Origin: Diadema antillarum
Taxonomy: Eukaryota
Length of the DNA stretch: 64,000 nucleotides
Direction of reading: 5' to 3'
NCBI RefSeq assembly: GCF_040938485.1
Contig: NW_027271496.1
Coordinates: 930,001-994,000 of the forward strand
Part shown: positions 15,249 through 28,720 of the stretch, piece by piece
Numbering within the stretch: position 1 is the first letter of the stretch
Layout of the letters: every line of letters begins with the position of its first letter
Notes under the pieces: model-generated
The model's database searches: none
Told to the model about the DNA's origin: nothing
The model's input: the letters and a program-made list of their open reading frames with translations, nothing else
Position numbers and translations under genes: made by a program

Positions 15249-18200
15249 CTAGAAGCAGCGTCTGAAAACAATCCAAGGTCCGTATTCGTCATACTCCTCT
15301 TTAGAGACCCACGAACCCCCATTGAGTGGGCTTTTGGCAGCCAGCATTGATCCTCCAACCCATGAGGCGTGGTTCCGTGGTGCCGTCACTTTTACTTCCG
15401 CTGACGACGGAAACAAAATGGCAAGCTCCTTCTGCAGTCGTTCGCTAAGCCCGGGATACATGGTGGGGCCACCGGAGAGTACGATGTTGGCCAGGAGATT
15501 GTTTCGGATGTCGACGTCGCATTTTATCACCGTGTTCTGAATTACCTCGTGGATGCCTGGCATCTCGAATTTCATTAGATTTGGATCGAAAAAGAGTTCG
15601 GGAACGACGAATCGTTCTTTTGCGACTGTCACGATTTGTCCGTCTGGAAGAGTATAGTGCTCGGTGATAGTCGACGATATAATAGAGTTTGCGATCTCCA
15701 TTTCCTTTTCAAAGTCGAGAGCGACGTAGCACATCTTCTCTTTAATGTCCTTGGCAATTCTCAAGTCGTCTGTGCAATGGAGATAAAAGCGTGCTCAAAT
15801 TTTATCTCACGGAAATTAAATGCATCCTTCAGTATGTATAAAAATACCGCTTATTCTGTTTGTTTGTTTGTTTGGTTGGTTGGTTATATTTTCCAGCACT
15901 ATTGATAACGTTTATGGTCTATGGAGTAATCAACCTCTTTAATGTAAGCATGGCTCTTCAATTTGTAAGGATACCTCCATCCCAGCCTTGCCAAGGATAC
16001 TCATTCATAAACCTGGGTCTAGAGAGACATCATGGGTACATACAGTTCAAGGGCGCAAACACGAGGAGTGGCTTTGAACTGAGGACCCTGGTGTTGGTAG
16101 CTTCAGTGCCAATATTAAGGAGTACAGCGCTGTAGAGTTCGAAGTGTTATCATTACTACAGCGCTGTACTCCTTAATATTGGCACTGAAGCTACCAAGAC
16201 GAAAAAAGTTAATGTCGAGTCTTTAAATATGTCATGTTTTGTGGAAGCGGTGTACTGAGGTCATAAGGGATAATGCAGTAGAACTCATAATTTCTAATCA
16301 ATTCAATTTAAATCGATATTCTTGAAACTAAGTTCCCATTACACATTCTCTGAACGTGAATTTCACAGTGAAATTCCACAGCATATGGCTTTGTCTTCAA
16401 TACACAGAGTTTTAATTCTATTATTTGTTTCAAACGATAGAGTGGTAAAACATTCAATTAAGTCGCACCTAAAAAAAGACAGCGATGAATCTTTCAACGT
16501 TTTGCATGTTTTCAAGAGAGAGATGTATTAGTTGCAATCAGTTCTGCAAACAAGAGGAGGTGATGACGTACTCTCTTAACGTGTTTCCAATTTCGTTCGA
16601 ACATAAAATTTCACTGAATTTCTTGCATTTCACATGAAATCAGCATCAACATCAAGATAAAATTACAGTATCTCTCTCTGCTCTGCCATGGACGTCACTG
16701 CCCGTTGGTCATTGCTGATGCGATAAGCATCCTCCAGTATGGAGCGCCAAGTGTCGCATGGTCTCTTTCGTTACGAAATGACTAATTTCGTAACGAAGGA
16801 AACGACGTGACACTTAGCGTCCCATACTCCAGTTCCCTCTGTCGTCGCCCTAGTGCTCAGCAGCAAGGTGAATAATCTTATAAGTACAGCGTACTCCTCG
16901 GGACCGACATTTTTCTTTCGTTATAAAGACATTCTGTCATAACCGAACAGTATAGCGTACAAAGATACATAGATGATATTATTGAGACCTGGATTTTGAT
17001 TTCGTTGTAACGAGAATTTCGTTATAACCGTGTTTGATATAACGGGAGTGCACCGTTACGTATGTGTGATGATTTAGCAACAGGTGATATTCCTGGGGAA
17101 ATGTCACATTTGTAATTGGTGTCAATTCTCACCTATAGTCTCGAATGGGTAGCCCCTCTTTCTTAGCAGGTTGAACATGAAATCAGAGTGTGTGGAGCCG
17201 GCAAAGTCCACGTGACCCACTGCGTGCCTCAAGACGTGGCCCTCGTAGACGGGAATCGTGTGGATGCTGCCCTGCCCGACGTCGAGCACTAGTCCTGTGG
17301 TGATGCCGGCAGCGATGAGGGAAGCCACGGGGTGAGAAAGGAGGTACAGGGTCGGCACCTCAAACTTTTCAAACATTTCCTGAAGGGAGATGATGTGATC
17401 TTGTTTCATTTCAGTTCCTTGGTCTGTCTTCTTTTTTTCTTTGTAGTCTGTTTTAAGTACAAGTGTCCAAGTGTATATTATGGCTATTCCATTAAAGCAT
17501 ATCTTTAATTGCAACAAATATTTCTAGCTGTAAATTGCTGATTTAAGTCTTTTTCTCCCTCTCTATATTCTAAAAATGCAAACAAGTACTTGCATGGCAT
17601 ACCAGGTACACAACTTACTCTTAACTTACACTGTTTTCTCTGACAAAAGCTTCCCGGCTCGCTGTTACCCCTCCCCACCCCCCTCCCCCCAATAGGCCAA
17701 TGCCACATGTACATATATGTATGTTATACTGTATATGTGTATGTTAATGTCGATGCAACCATTCAACACTTTCACGTATGTATCAAACATTAATGATGTA
17801 CGTGTATCTTGATTTTGCATACCATCATGTCGATACTGTTATAGATTTTGTATCGCTGTATTGCCGATTGAAATGCAGAAATAAAACTGAATCGAGCTCG
17901 ATCATCACATCCGATATCCAGATCATAGGCAAAGAAGACGGAGAAAAGAGATGTGGGGGGGGGGGGAGATTGTGAGAGAGGGGGGAGAGATAGGGAGAGG
18001 GGGGAGTGAGGGAGGGAAAGGGGGAAGGGAGAATTAGTTCAAATTCACCTGTGCCAACTTTTCTCTGCTGACTGTGGGACTCATCGGATGTTCAGTGAGA
18101 AGGACCGGGCGTTCTTCGGGGACGACACAGAGCTCGTCGTAGAAAATGTGATGCCAGATCTTCTCCATGTCGTCCCAGTTGGTGACAAACCCATATTCCA

Positions 18201-18912
18201 CCGGCCACTTCCTGCTTAGTATATCTTTCTTCGCCTCCGCTTCACGCCCAATATAAATGTTCTTTAGACCTGTTGAGTCGGTTGACGCGTCCTACATGGA
18301 TTTATACGATGTGAATGCTGTGAATGTGCCAATTATAGTGTTGTGCGGTACAGATCTTCATGACATCGCACATTTTAGAACATGTCTTCCGTTTGTAATT
18401 ATAAATACAGGGCCCTGTTGCATAAGAGTTGAGATCAAACGTAAGTCTGAAAATTCAAACTTAAGTCCATGAATACTCAGTTCTGATACCTGACTTATGT
18501 TAGATTTTCCGATTTATTTGATAATATCTTTTTAAGTCTAGAAGAAGAGGAACAAGAGGATGAAAAGAGGAAAAGAAAAGCAAAAAGGAGGTGAAGAGAA
18601 GGAGGAAAAGAAGAATTAGAGAAATGGAAATGATAGAAAATAAGGAAAATAAAAAGCAAATGCATGAAAATAAAATAGGAAGGGAATTGTGAGCAAGTTA
18701 AGGAGAATAAGATGATGGAGAAGAAATAATTTGGATTGAAAAGAAAGAACCCCAGAAACACTGGAAGAGAATGGGTGCACCTGTTTCTTTGGACGCCCGA
18801 CAACGGCTGGAAAGATGACCCGTGGTTCATCTTCACCAGCGAAGCCCGCCCGGCACGTAAGAGAGCTGCAATCGACGATCACTGCTGTGTCATTTCCGTC
18901 TGACTCGGCCAT
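15249..18912 (-). CDS. A3: intact divergent actin-like protein, 380 aa, 4 coding exons
   Basis: Exons 18912-18781 ([44 protein letters not shown]), 18291-18049 ([48 protein letters not shown]...REKLAQ; missing from the ORF track), 17379-17133 and 15769-15249 (ends WIVFRRCF*). All GT-AG, no stops. Confidence 0.92.
15930..16093 (-). repeat. Possible tRNA-derived SINE fragment in A3 intron 3
   Basis: Degenerate B-box-like AGTTCAAAGCC followed by GCGCCCTTGA...CCCAGGT..ATGAATGAGTATCC, resembling SINE core sequences from memory; not verified. Confidence 0.35.
16094..16197. repeat. Perfect 42-bp inverted repeat with 20-nt spacer
   Basis: Arms 16094-16135 and 16156-16197 are exact reverse complements (TTGGTAGCTTCAGTGCCAATATTAAGGAGTACAGCGCTGTAG). 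Confidence 0.9.
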
Positions 18913-19450
18913 GTCATTAAATCTATTCTTCTTCTTTTTTTCTAGGGAAAGGAAGGATCGGGGAAGGATTTGTTTTAAAGAAGAATGCTAAGTATTTCTA
19001 CAATATTTCTACACCATACATCGAAGGATGATTGTCTGTTATGTTATTACATTTGATGAAATTGATCTCAATTCCGGAGGTGATCAATTCCACAATTCTT
19101 CAGAGTATTAACCTTCAATTTGTTAAAAGAAAGTGGTGCTCATTCAGTCGTCATTTCGTATTTAGGTCGAACGGGACCCAAGACTGACAAGTATTATTCA
19201 CACAGAATGTAAGATTTATATAGCCTTTACCCACTGCACTTTGTCAAGTAAACGGTTGGTGCTTTTCTACCTGTTTGCACGTTTGCTTATATCCACACAC
19301 TTCACACAGATCTTGTATGGTATTATGATCAACCGTAAAAAGGCGCAGTTTGACATTAAAACGTATTATAATGCTCACTAATATGATTTGAAACATATCT
19401 CTCTGTTGTATGATAATACCCCTCTCTCTATCCTCCTCCTCCTCCTCCTC

Positions 19451-19513
<63 letters not shown>

Positions 19514-21028
19514 ATAACTGCTATCATTCTTTATGAATGTCCGGCGCTGTTGTTATGCCTTTTAACTTACTTTTCAATACTGCGACTATAATTCTATGCG
19601 GTTTTTTTTTTCATATCATTTATGCGGGCATGCATTCTCTGAATACTCGTGCATGCAGAATCCACGGGCTTGCCCAGGAATATATAAACCATCAGCTACA
19701 TCACCTATATTTGTATCTATCATCTACATGTGTCTACCAAAATAATTAGGTTAGCGTAGCAGTTAATGACTGTTCAACTCTATAATGTCAATCAATCAAT
19801 CAATCAATCAATCTGTCTATCTACCAACCAACTCAATCTGCTACTCTACTTACCCAACCTTTATAATGTAGGCCTACTTAGACACTTATAGTCCTATCAA
19901 ATCTATATCTGCATTGTTTGTTTGCTGACGGATATACCTCACGCGGTTCCATATAGCCTACGTACAAGTTCCCCCACAATCTGTATCCCCGTCATCCCCC
20001 CCCCCCCCTTTAATGATCCCTATTCAGCTACTGTTAATCACATATCACGATGAAGTATTATTTGTATACCTACGTAATGTGATTGCAACCTCGCTGGATG
20101 AGACGGGACCTCGCATCACACCATGCCGAGGCTGTTCCGGCGGCCGGCTGACTTCCTCCGCGTCGGTTCTCACTCCACTATCATAGTGGCATGTACACTG
20201 TTCGTAGTTTGCAACAAAGAGTATGGTTTGCAGCAATTCTCTCACGCCTGCTCACCGGCATGCCCCATTTCACAAAGTGGATTGTCGATTGAACACAACA
20301 CACAAGGCAGCGAAGCTGAATACCCACCATAAAAAAAAAAAATGTTCATAATATTCCACGGACAGGAATATTACAGTGTACAATATATTTGTAACTGAAG
20401 CGTGCTATACGAGTTCACTGTATTACACGTCCGTCAATGCACACACAGACGTCATTAATTTTTGTATACACACAAACTTGGATATTATACGCACACAAAC
20501 TTGGATATTATACGCACACTGATACACGGACAATTCGTAGCCCGAAGTTTATTTTGTGCATGAAAAAAAAAGAAAGAAACCGACTTGGTTGATCGAGTTT
20601 CCCTTAATGTCCTGTGAACTCCGTGGACTATATCGAAATATGCAAATTAGACATATGAGGCCCTACATACAATGTGATCTGAAAGCTTGGTAAAATCCCC
20701 AAATATTAGTTCAGATATTCCCCTTGCACGATTTGATTGTACCATTTTATTTTCGACAAACGTAACCCAGACCAGCAAGAAAGTAGTCCATCAGGTAAGC
20801 TCAGATATGAGAAAATCGGGTGTGGAGTTAGGATATGTGCAGGAAAATACCATGTTTATGTCTTTCTTTATATATATTTTTACAGGCATGTATGTGGTTT
20901 CAAGTCAAATCACTTAATCGTCTGGCAATTTTCTCGGATCCGAAATGTCTACATTCTCATGATAACATGAAAATTATATATAATATGTAATAATTATTGA
21001 GTAAGCTGTCTACGTGTTGGTATGATGA

Positions 21029-21142
21029 TATCATCAAAAATAAAACTGAAACCAAGTTCATGTTGTATTCACCAACAGTGTTCTGAAATAAACTGTTGTT
21101 GAATGCAGCATGAACTTGGTTTCAGTTTTATTCTTGATGATA
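21029..21142. mobile_element. Short hairpin MITE-like element, related to 55198-55344
   Basis: TATCATCAA..AATAAAACTGAAACCAAGTTCATG / CATGAACTTGGTTTCAGTTTTATT..TTGATGATA. Shares ATTCACCAACAG and AAATAAAC.GTT with the 55.2-kb hairpin. Confidence 0.6.
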
Positions 21143-24100
21143 TATAATTATATGTATATACCCATATCAATACACTTTTGATTATAAGTTCTTGATTCTT
21201 AAGAATCTTAAGAATCCTTTTGCCCAAAGAGAAATACTAGCACTAACGCCGACTGTTAACAGTCATGCAATGCTATAATTATTACAACTTCCATTATATC
21301 AAAACAGCCCCAAGGGGCGTCTGAATTGGATTTTAATTTCTTTTATTTCAACATGGCCTCTCAGTTCAGCCAGAAAATGTTGTTCTTCCTGAACTGATAG
21401 TGCTTCCTGTCCCAGTCCTTGAATCAGAACGCATAAAGGCTTACTGGGGACCCTCCTGCATGGTAGTTTGATTTTTCTTCTTTGTATTTCATATACTGAG
21501 TATGTGTTCTCTCATGAATGATATGCTTATTTCTCATATGCAACATTATAGCCGTGGTAAACGATGACTTTATGTTTATTGTTAATTTGTACCATACAGA
21601 AACAAAAAATGAATGAAATTAAATTAAATTAAATGACAGGCAAAACTAAAATCAACATTTTTGGTGTCTAATTCCAAATTTGCTGAACACTGACTGAAAA
21701 AGAGACACAAAAAGAGAAATTCCAATTTTTTTCGTTATGGCAATTTGCATAATACAGAAAAGTTGAATATCATAAGGGTGGATTATCACTTTCAGGCAAG
21801 AGCATTATTACAAAAGCAGTGAGTCTCCCCTAAGAGATATAAAAGCTACAAGATACATTGACATACATATACGAGATTCTATGGTCATGTCAACAGTTTA
21901 GTGTATTACATTTCATACACCTCTGTATCCACGTAGTTGAGGCTTACAATCACAAACGGATTAGGACTACATTTAAGAGTTGCAGAAAAGAGGAGATGAT
22001 AGGAAAATGCCATTGTGTATAAACTTGGATACAGGTTGTGACATCATCAACTATTCTGTTACTTGTCCATACAGAGTGTGCCATGGTTGTATAATCGATA
22101 CCACTGTTGAAGCCTATTTTGTCTTTTATGTCCGATTCTTGTACACATTATTCCATTTCATGCATTTAGGTTGTTTAATTACATTCCATTTTGTTTTAAT
22201 CGAAGTCATCTTGAACATGCAATGGAATTGCACTTTAAGCCGAGTACGGTTACTTTTTTTTTCAATGTCGACCACTAATGAATTTCAATTATCAAGATCG
22301 GTTATTCTAATCAAATGAAAATAACACTTCTTGAAAATAAAGTAGCTTCGTCAAATTTGAGCTTTAAATACGAAAAGCCATTGTCTTCTTTCCTACTGAA
22401 TAGTTCGATAAAATGAGGCTAAAGAAATACCAATTCCACGGGCAGATTTAGAATAATGCGAGGTAAAATGAGTGAAAACATCTTATTGTCTTAAATACAA
22501 GAACAAATAAATCGTTGATCTATTTAATTTGTATAATCTACAAACAAACCTTGCTACGTCAAACACAACCCTTAACAGGTCGGGAGATATCACATTTTGC
22601 ATGTTCTAGCTTGACAGCATCATGTACTTGAGCAGCAGAGATTAATTAAACACGTGGTAAGAGTACGAGGAAGGTGAGAATACATTGAGACAACGAACTC
22701 TCTTCAAGAAACAAGTTACTTGCTTGGAAAGTAAATTCAAATTCAAATTGAGATTAATTTCCGATATCGCAATTTTACCCGACACAATCACAAAAATCAG
22801 TGCAATGCCAAATGAAATATTAACATGAATATATGAATCTATTTCATTATTTTTATCATTATTGGAAAAGAAAGACAATGAAGTCATTCCTTCTACACGT
22901 TCTATGAGTATAGAATTACAGTTTACAAAACGATCCTGATCTTAAGTAATAATTTAAATGGAATCAAGTAACAAACATGTTTCTGACATATCATACAGTT
23001 AGAAATCTAGAGGCCGGTTAGAAAGAGGATAGAAGAACGGAATAGAGTACATACATATATACATAAAAAAGTACTGGATATATTGGTATTACGAGCAAAA
23101 TTGTAACTAACGTAGAGACGAAAGACATCTTGAAAATATTCAATTATGTATTTCTTACAAAGAAATATTATGTCATATATCAATATCTAAGAGAGACGAA
23201 TTTTAACAAGAGATCTGTATGTTTTCTATCTCTTTGTACTCACGAAGACTTGTGATACAGCAACATTACATGAGACGATATTACTGTAAGTATTCTTGTG
23301 TGTTGAAGTGTAGGAGATGGTTATTGTCTTCAGGTTACTCTGGCAACATTTGATATGAGAGGGGATACAATGTGGTGAGTAGCAAAAAATTTAGAAACAC
23401 TTCTTGTGAACGATACTGGGACCGTGGCACTCATACTCTTTCTTGCTAATCCACTGCTGTTTGATGGGTGCAAACGCAGCCAAGACGGACCCACCCATCC
23501 AAGCAGAATGCTTCTTGGGGTGAATGACTTTCACTCGAGCCGGTGGTTGCACCACGGTGCCGAGCTCGTCTTGCAGCCGTTCTTGGAGCCCACGATACAT
23601 GGTCGCACCTCCAGCGAGTATGACACCGGCCAGAAGTTTCTTGCGGAGCTCGGCGTCGCAGTCCATCACGGCGTCGTAGATGACCCGGTGGATGCCGGGA
23701 GAGTCTTTGCCCAGGAGCGTTGGTTTGAAGAAGACTTCGGGAACGAGGAGTCTTTCCTTGTCAATGGTGATGGAGTGGCCGTCAGGAAGCTGAAAAGTTT
23801 CCGTGATCGTCCGCGGGTTCGCTGTCTCGCGATCGAAGTCGCGAGCAACGGCGCAAAGTTTTTCCTTGATGTCGTCCACTGTTTTCATGTCTTCATACCA
23901 TCAAATGAAATAATATACAAAAGTATAGATTTATAGATTTACATTTTTTACATAAAAACAATGCACAATATACTGACTCTGATTACTTATTCTAAATTGG
24001 TGCATAATTTTAAGGTAATTCACATTGATTATGATAACTGGTAGATTACTTTATTATCAGCTAGAATCTTACCAAACTGATGGGTAAAGTATGCAGTGGA

Positions 24101-24459
24101 AGGAAGGAACATATTTTAATGAAATCTATCTAACAGCAAGTTGCTGACGTTATCCAATATATATAATTATACGAGTTATCAAGTGAGAGCGTTTTGTTCT
24201 GAAATTTTCTGTCTGTTCCTAGTACTTAATTTCTCCCTTTGAGTGTCTACATATTTATGCACATCAATAATGTAACCATCCTCTGATATTGTCCTGACAC
24301 TGACACCAATTTTCAGTGCCCCGGGCCAATGGCCCAGCGAAATTGTCAAGCCTTGTACCATTAAGGATAATCTGCCCATTAAATCGTCAAAGGTAACAAA
24401 GAACGTAAGGTGTAAAACAGTAGTACCTAATGTCTCGCTATTATATCCACGATCCTTAA

Positions 24460-25028
24460 AGGACAAGTTCACCTTCATAAACATAAGGATTGAGAAAATG
24501 TAACAATATTAGTAGAACACATCAGTGAAAGTTTGAGGAAAATTGGACAATCGATGCAAAAGTTATGAATTTTTTAAATTTTTGTGTTGGAACCGCTGGA
24601 TGAGGAGACTACTACAGCTTGTGAGTCATATGCGTACAACAGTATAAAGAAAATGTAAAAGAAAATTCAACATATTTTCACTTTTTTCGCATAATAAAAG
24701 AGCACTTGACTTGTCTCTTTCTAAAGGCAGGGGGAATAATATTACCCATAACATTTGTCGGTAACGAGTCAGGGGAATGTGTACTTTTTTCAAAAGATGG
24801 AATTTTGTGAAATTCTCTTTATATTTTCCTTATATTGTTGTACGCATGTGACATCTAAGTTATTCATACACTGCAGTAGTCTTCTCATCCAGCGGGTACT
24901 GCACAAACACTTCAAAAATTCATAACTTTTGAACGGATTGTCTGATTTTCCTCAAATTTTCAATGATGTGTTCTACTAATATTGCTACATTCTCTCAATC
25001 CTTATGTTTATGAAGGTGAACTTGTCCT
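24460..25028. mobile_element. MITE family T-B (569 bp), TTAA target duplication, inserted in A4 exon 3
   Basis: TTAA at 24456-24459 and 25029-25032. TIR AGGACAAGTTCACCTTCATAAACATAAGGATTGAGA is perfect for 36 bp and imperfect beyond 100 bp. A second copy is at 58157-58726. Confidence 0.92.
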
Positions 25029-26905
25029 TTAAGCAGTCCCAGCAAGTATTCTGAATGATGGGACCCAGCTGATGTCACGTGACGGATGGCATGACGTAAG
25101 CAGTGGCCTTCGTAAATCGGTACCACGTGACCAACACTTGCCCCGACGTCCAATACGACACCCGTCGTTCGCCCGGCAGCGAACATTGAGGCGACTGGCT
25201 GGCTGACTATGAAGACGGAAGGGACGCCGAACGTGTCGAACAAGCACTGAGGGCAAGAACGAAGGACAAGACGGGAGTGATACACTCTAAGAGCTAACCC
25301 ATGTCAATCAAATTTTCCAGACCCAGGTTTGAGTTTGAGTTTATTCAATTTTCGCCGCTGCCCAACTCTTTTCATCCGATGGCTGTTCTTTTGTGAGAAA
25401 AAGGAGAAAAATGAGCGAGATCAGCAAAACAGACAGCGTCTATAACACGGCTTTTATCTCGGAGGAATTTTTTTTTTGAGGGGGGGGGGGTTCTATTCTT
25501 ATCCATCCATTTTTTAGTTGGCCGTATACGTCAGGTGTATAAGTTGGCCGCTAAGGCAGGTTTGACTGTATTCCGAATTTTAAAATCTGTTTAAAATCTT
25601 AGAATGTAATAGGCTCTTACTACATAATAATTAACTATTGTCTTTGTACACCAGATTTTGTAACTGCAAGACGCAGAAGAACAAAATATTTTAGCCGTGA
25701 TACCTGTATGGCCTTCTCTCTGTTGGCCTTCGGGTTACTCGGGGACTCGGTGAGGAGGACGGGATGGTTCTTGGCGTCAACGTTGAGCTCGAAAATGTGA
25801 TGAAAGATCTTCTCCATGTCGTCCCAGTTTGTGACGATCCCGTCTTCGACAGGCCAAACGAGGTTTAAGATACCTCTCTTGCTCAGAGCCTCTTCTCCAA
25901 CATAAGAACTCTTGCCTACCACGCTTTCGGTTACAATCTAGAAGACACAATGCAAGTTTGATGAATTTTGAGAATCTTGCAATATTAAAGACATAACAAA
26001 GATAATAAACACAAAACTTTTTGCGCATTTATCATTTAACATCAAAGTTGAGTAACATATCCTGATAATTGGAGTAGTTATAAAATGATCAAGGGCAATG
26101 TACATTTCATTCAGGATTTAGATGAATTCAGAACTTACAATCGAATTGATTGAATCTTAAATAGGAAGTTTCCACAAGCACATCTGTAGATTTACTGAAT
26201 GCAGAAAGATTTGTAAAATACTGCGTGGTAGTTTGAGGGTAATTCGTTATAGCGAAAGGTATCAATTTATTATTAATGTTATCATTAAGATATCAATTTC
26301 GAAGACTTTTTTTATTTTTCTGGTGCATGTTATATATTTCTCATACTCCGAAAGGCCGGGGTCGAAAGAAAAAAGTTCAAAGTTTAATGTGCACTCTGTC
26401 CATGGTTTGAAACTCTCCAAACAAGCTTCGTGATGTCAAATTGGTAGGACGATACCCTTAACGATGAAAACAATTCCGAATCTCAACTATTGTGTTCTGA
26501 AAGACCTAGTTTGAGCATGTTGAGTGGTCTTCTTTTCTTTTGATATTTTATGTGTATATATTCTGTTAACAATTGCTTAATATATTCTAATTCTTGTGGA
26601 ATCGAGGAGGATTAAACAAAGCTATATAAATTCATAGCCTTAGAATAGATTGCATGACTATCTTCAAACATTCACTGAGTTTTCCACAGATTTCTATGTT
26701 TACCGAATCAGCATAATGCTTTGTGAAATCTCCCTTACGGCCGTGGTGGTAGTCGCATTGGGTGCACGTCACTAGACCGACACCCACGAGTCATATAGCC
26801 TACGAGTTATACAGCTCGCTATTCATACAGCCTATGAGTTCGACACTAAGCAAACAAGGCCCAAGAGACTGCGACATTAAACCCCGTGTATCTGTGGAAC
26901 TCCTG

Positions 26906-27080
26906 GGCCCTGTTTCATAAAGCTGTTCGTAAAGTTACGAACAACTTACGAGCGACAGGTGATCGTTCTGAAGTGCTATAGACCTACTTATCAGAATTTC
27001 AATGATTCAGAACAAGAACCGATCACCAGTCGTTCGTAAGTCGTTCGTATTACTTTACGAACAGCTTTATGAAACACCCC
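26906..27080. mobile_element. PIF/Harbinger-like MITE with 3-bp CTG duplication, A4 intron 1
   Basis: CTG-GGCCCTGTTTCATAAAGCTGTTCGTAAAG ... CTTTACGAACAGCTTTATGAAACACCCC-CTG. Confidence 0.75.
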
Positions 27081-28136
27081 CTGGGCTGTTTTAACTAGCG
27101 TCGGTCTCATGGGTTTTATTTGGCTAGTGTCGAAATCGTGGGCTGTCGGACTTGTGGGCTGTATATGACTCATGGTTGAGGGTCTTGTGGGATGATCCCA
27201 TCGCGTTTTCTATGGCTATACTACTCGAACATAAATAAGTTGATCCTAAGAATCGGGGGATGGAGTATGTACATGATGTAGTTGAAGTCATCAGTTTCAG
27301 ACTCCCCTTACCTCTCTTCGGAGATGACCTACGACCGACGGGAAGACAGTTCGCGGATCCTCATCACCCTTTAGCCCTACCCGACAAGTGAGAGACCCGA
27401 CGTCGATGATCACGGGCGGTACCTCTTCGTCGGCCTCTGCCATGGTCCTTGTCTAGCTTCCAAAGATTGTGTAAAGCCAAAGAAGATATATCGTTTAAAC
27501 GTAATATTTCAGGTCTCTGAATAATGAAAATGTGTACCATCTAGTAATTCAATAAGTCCATAACAGTCAAGTTCATTTCATTATACTCTTTACAGAAGAC
27601 CCAATGATGAAATATTGTGCTCCCTCTTCTGTACCCATAGTCTCATTATCTATACAGTTATGAGCGTCTATACAGTCATGCACACACAGCAATCACTCTG
27701 AAACATAAACACACATATTATACGCTTACATAATATGATCATGCACATTGTGAATTGTGGAATACTGACCAAAAAGTACGTTTACTGAAAGGGCTATAGC
27801 TTACCTATAGTTGACTGATGCTGTATGCAAGGAAGTTGAACTGACTGGGGTTTTCAACTAATAGAAGCTTCTGCCAGGTTAGTCTGCTTGCGTTCTGCAT
27901 GTGTGCTAATATCATACATATTATCAATATAAACTGCCTTTCCCCATTTTATGGTTGACATTAGATGGTTTGGTTCGGTCAAAGTACAGTCAATGTTTAT
28001 AGTTCTCCGTTTATAACTATTAGGTGTTTGTATAACAAGATGTCATTTGTTACCCTTGTCCAGAGGCGGTGCAGGGTGCTTTGAAAGTCTAAATCTGTAG
28101 GTAGGGTGTGTATAATGACGATGATTATGATAATAA

Positions 28137-28433
28137 TACTCTCTAAAAAAATCGAGTGAAAATATTCACTCTTAAAGGAGTGAATACAAAAAAGAGTGAA
28201 CTTAGAGTGAAATTGGAGTGAATTTCGAGTGAAAATGTTCATTTTCACTCATTTTGGAGTGACCTCAGGGATCACTCGAAGATTTTGGAGTGATCCCTGA
28301 CGTCACTCTAAAACAAGTGAAAATGAACATTTTCACTCAAAATTCACTCCAATTTCACTCTAAATTCACTCTTTTTTGTATTCACTCCTTTCAGAGCGAA
28401 TATTTTCACTCGATTTTTTTTTTTCAGAGAGTA
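28137..28433. mobile_element. Palindromic MITE built from GAGTGAA subrepeats
   Basis: Near-complete fold-back, TACTCTCTAAAAAAATCGAGTGAAAATATTC ... GAATATTTTCACTCGATTTTTTTTTTTCAGAGAGTA, with TA ends. Confidence 0.8.
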
Positions 28434-28720
28434 ATAATGATAATTCAGTTCAATTTTTATTTCACTTTCCAACACGAACATAATTACAGACATATGTGTG
28501 TGTGTGTGTTTTTTTTTTTTTTGGTAACACAAAGTAAGGTGCGTAAATCTGTATAGGATGAAAAGAAAGTACAAATGATTGTAGCACTTTACGATGATTA
28601 TATATAGTCATAAATGTCAAGTGATTAGAAGTAAATAAACAACATGCAAAATTCGAAAAATGGACATGATAGAGGGATCTGCTAATTCAAAAAAGACAAA
28701 ACTTGTAGGATGTAGGCCCC

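Larger units (their letters stand above)
23391..27443 (-). pseudogene. A4: divergent actin-like gene interrupted by a MITE in exon 3 (370 aa if the MITE is removed)
   Basis: Exons 27443-27312 (MAEADEEVPPVIIDVGSLTCRVGLKGDEDPRTVFPSVVGHLRRE), 25937-25704, exon 3 split as 25246-25029 plus 24455-24427 (247 nt, same as most paralogues), and 23890-23391 (ends IVHKKCF*). Reading into the MITE stops at 24995, giving 205 aa. No other lesion seen. Confidence 0.85.

Noticed and set aside
21700-22330. Possible decayed LINE coding fragment on the minus strand
   Set aside because: Too degenerate to identify motifs by eye.
23406-23936. 176-aa plus-strand ORF and other ORFs antisense to actin exons
   Set aside because: Shadow ORFs caused by the GC-rich codon usage of the real exons.
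27944-27954. CArG box upstream of A4
   Set aside because: It has seven A/T bases between CC and GG, not the required six.
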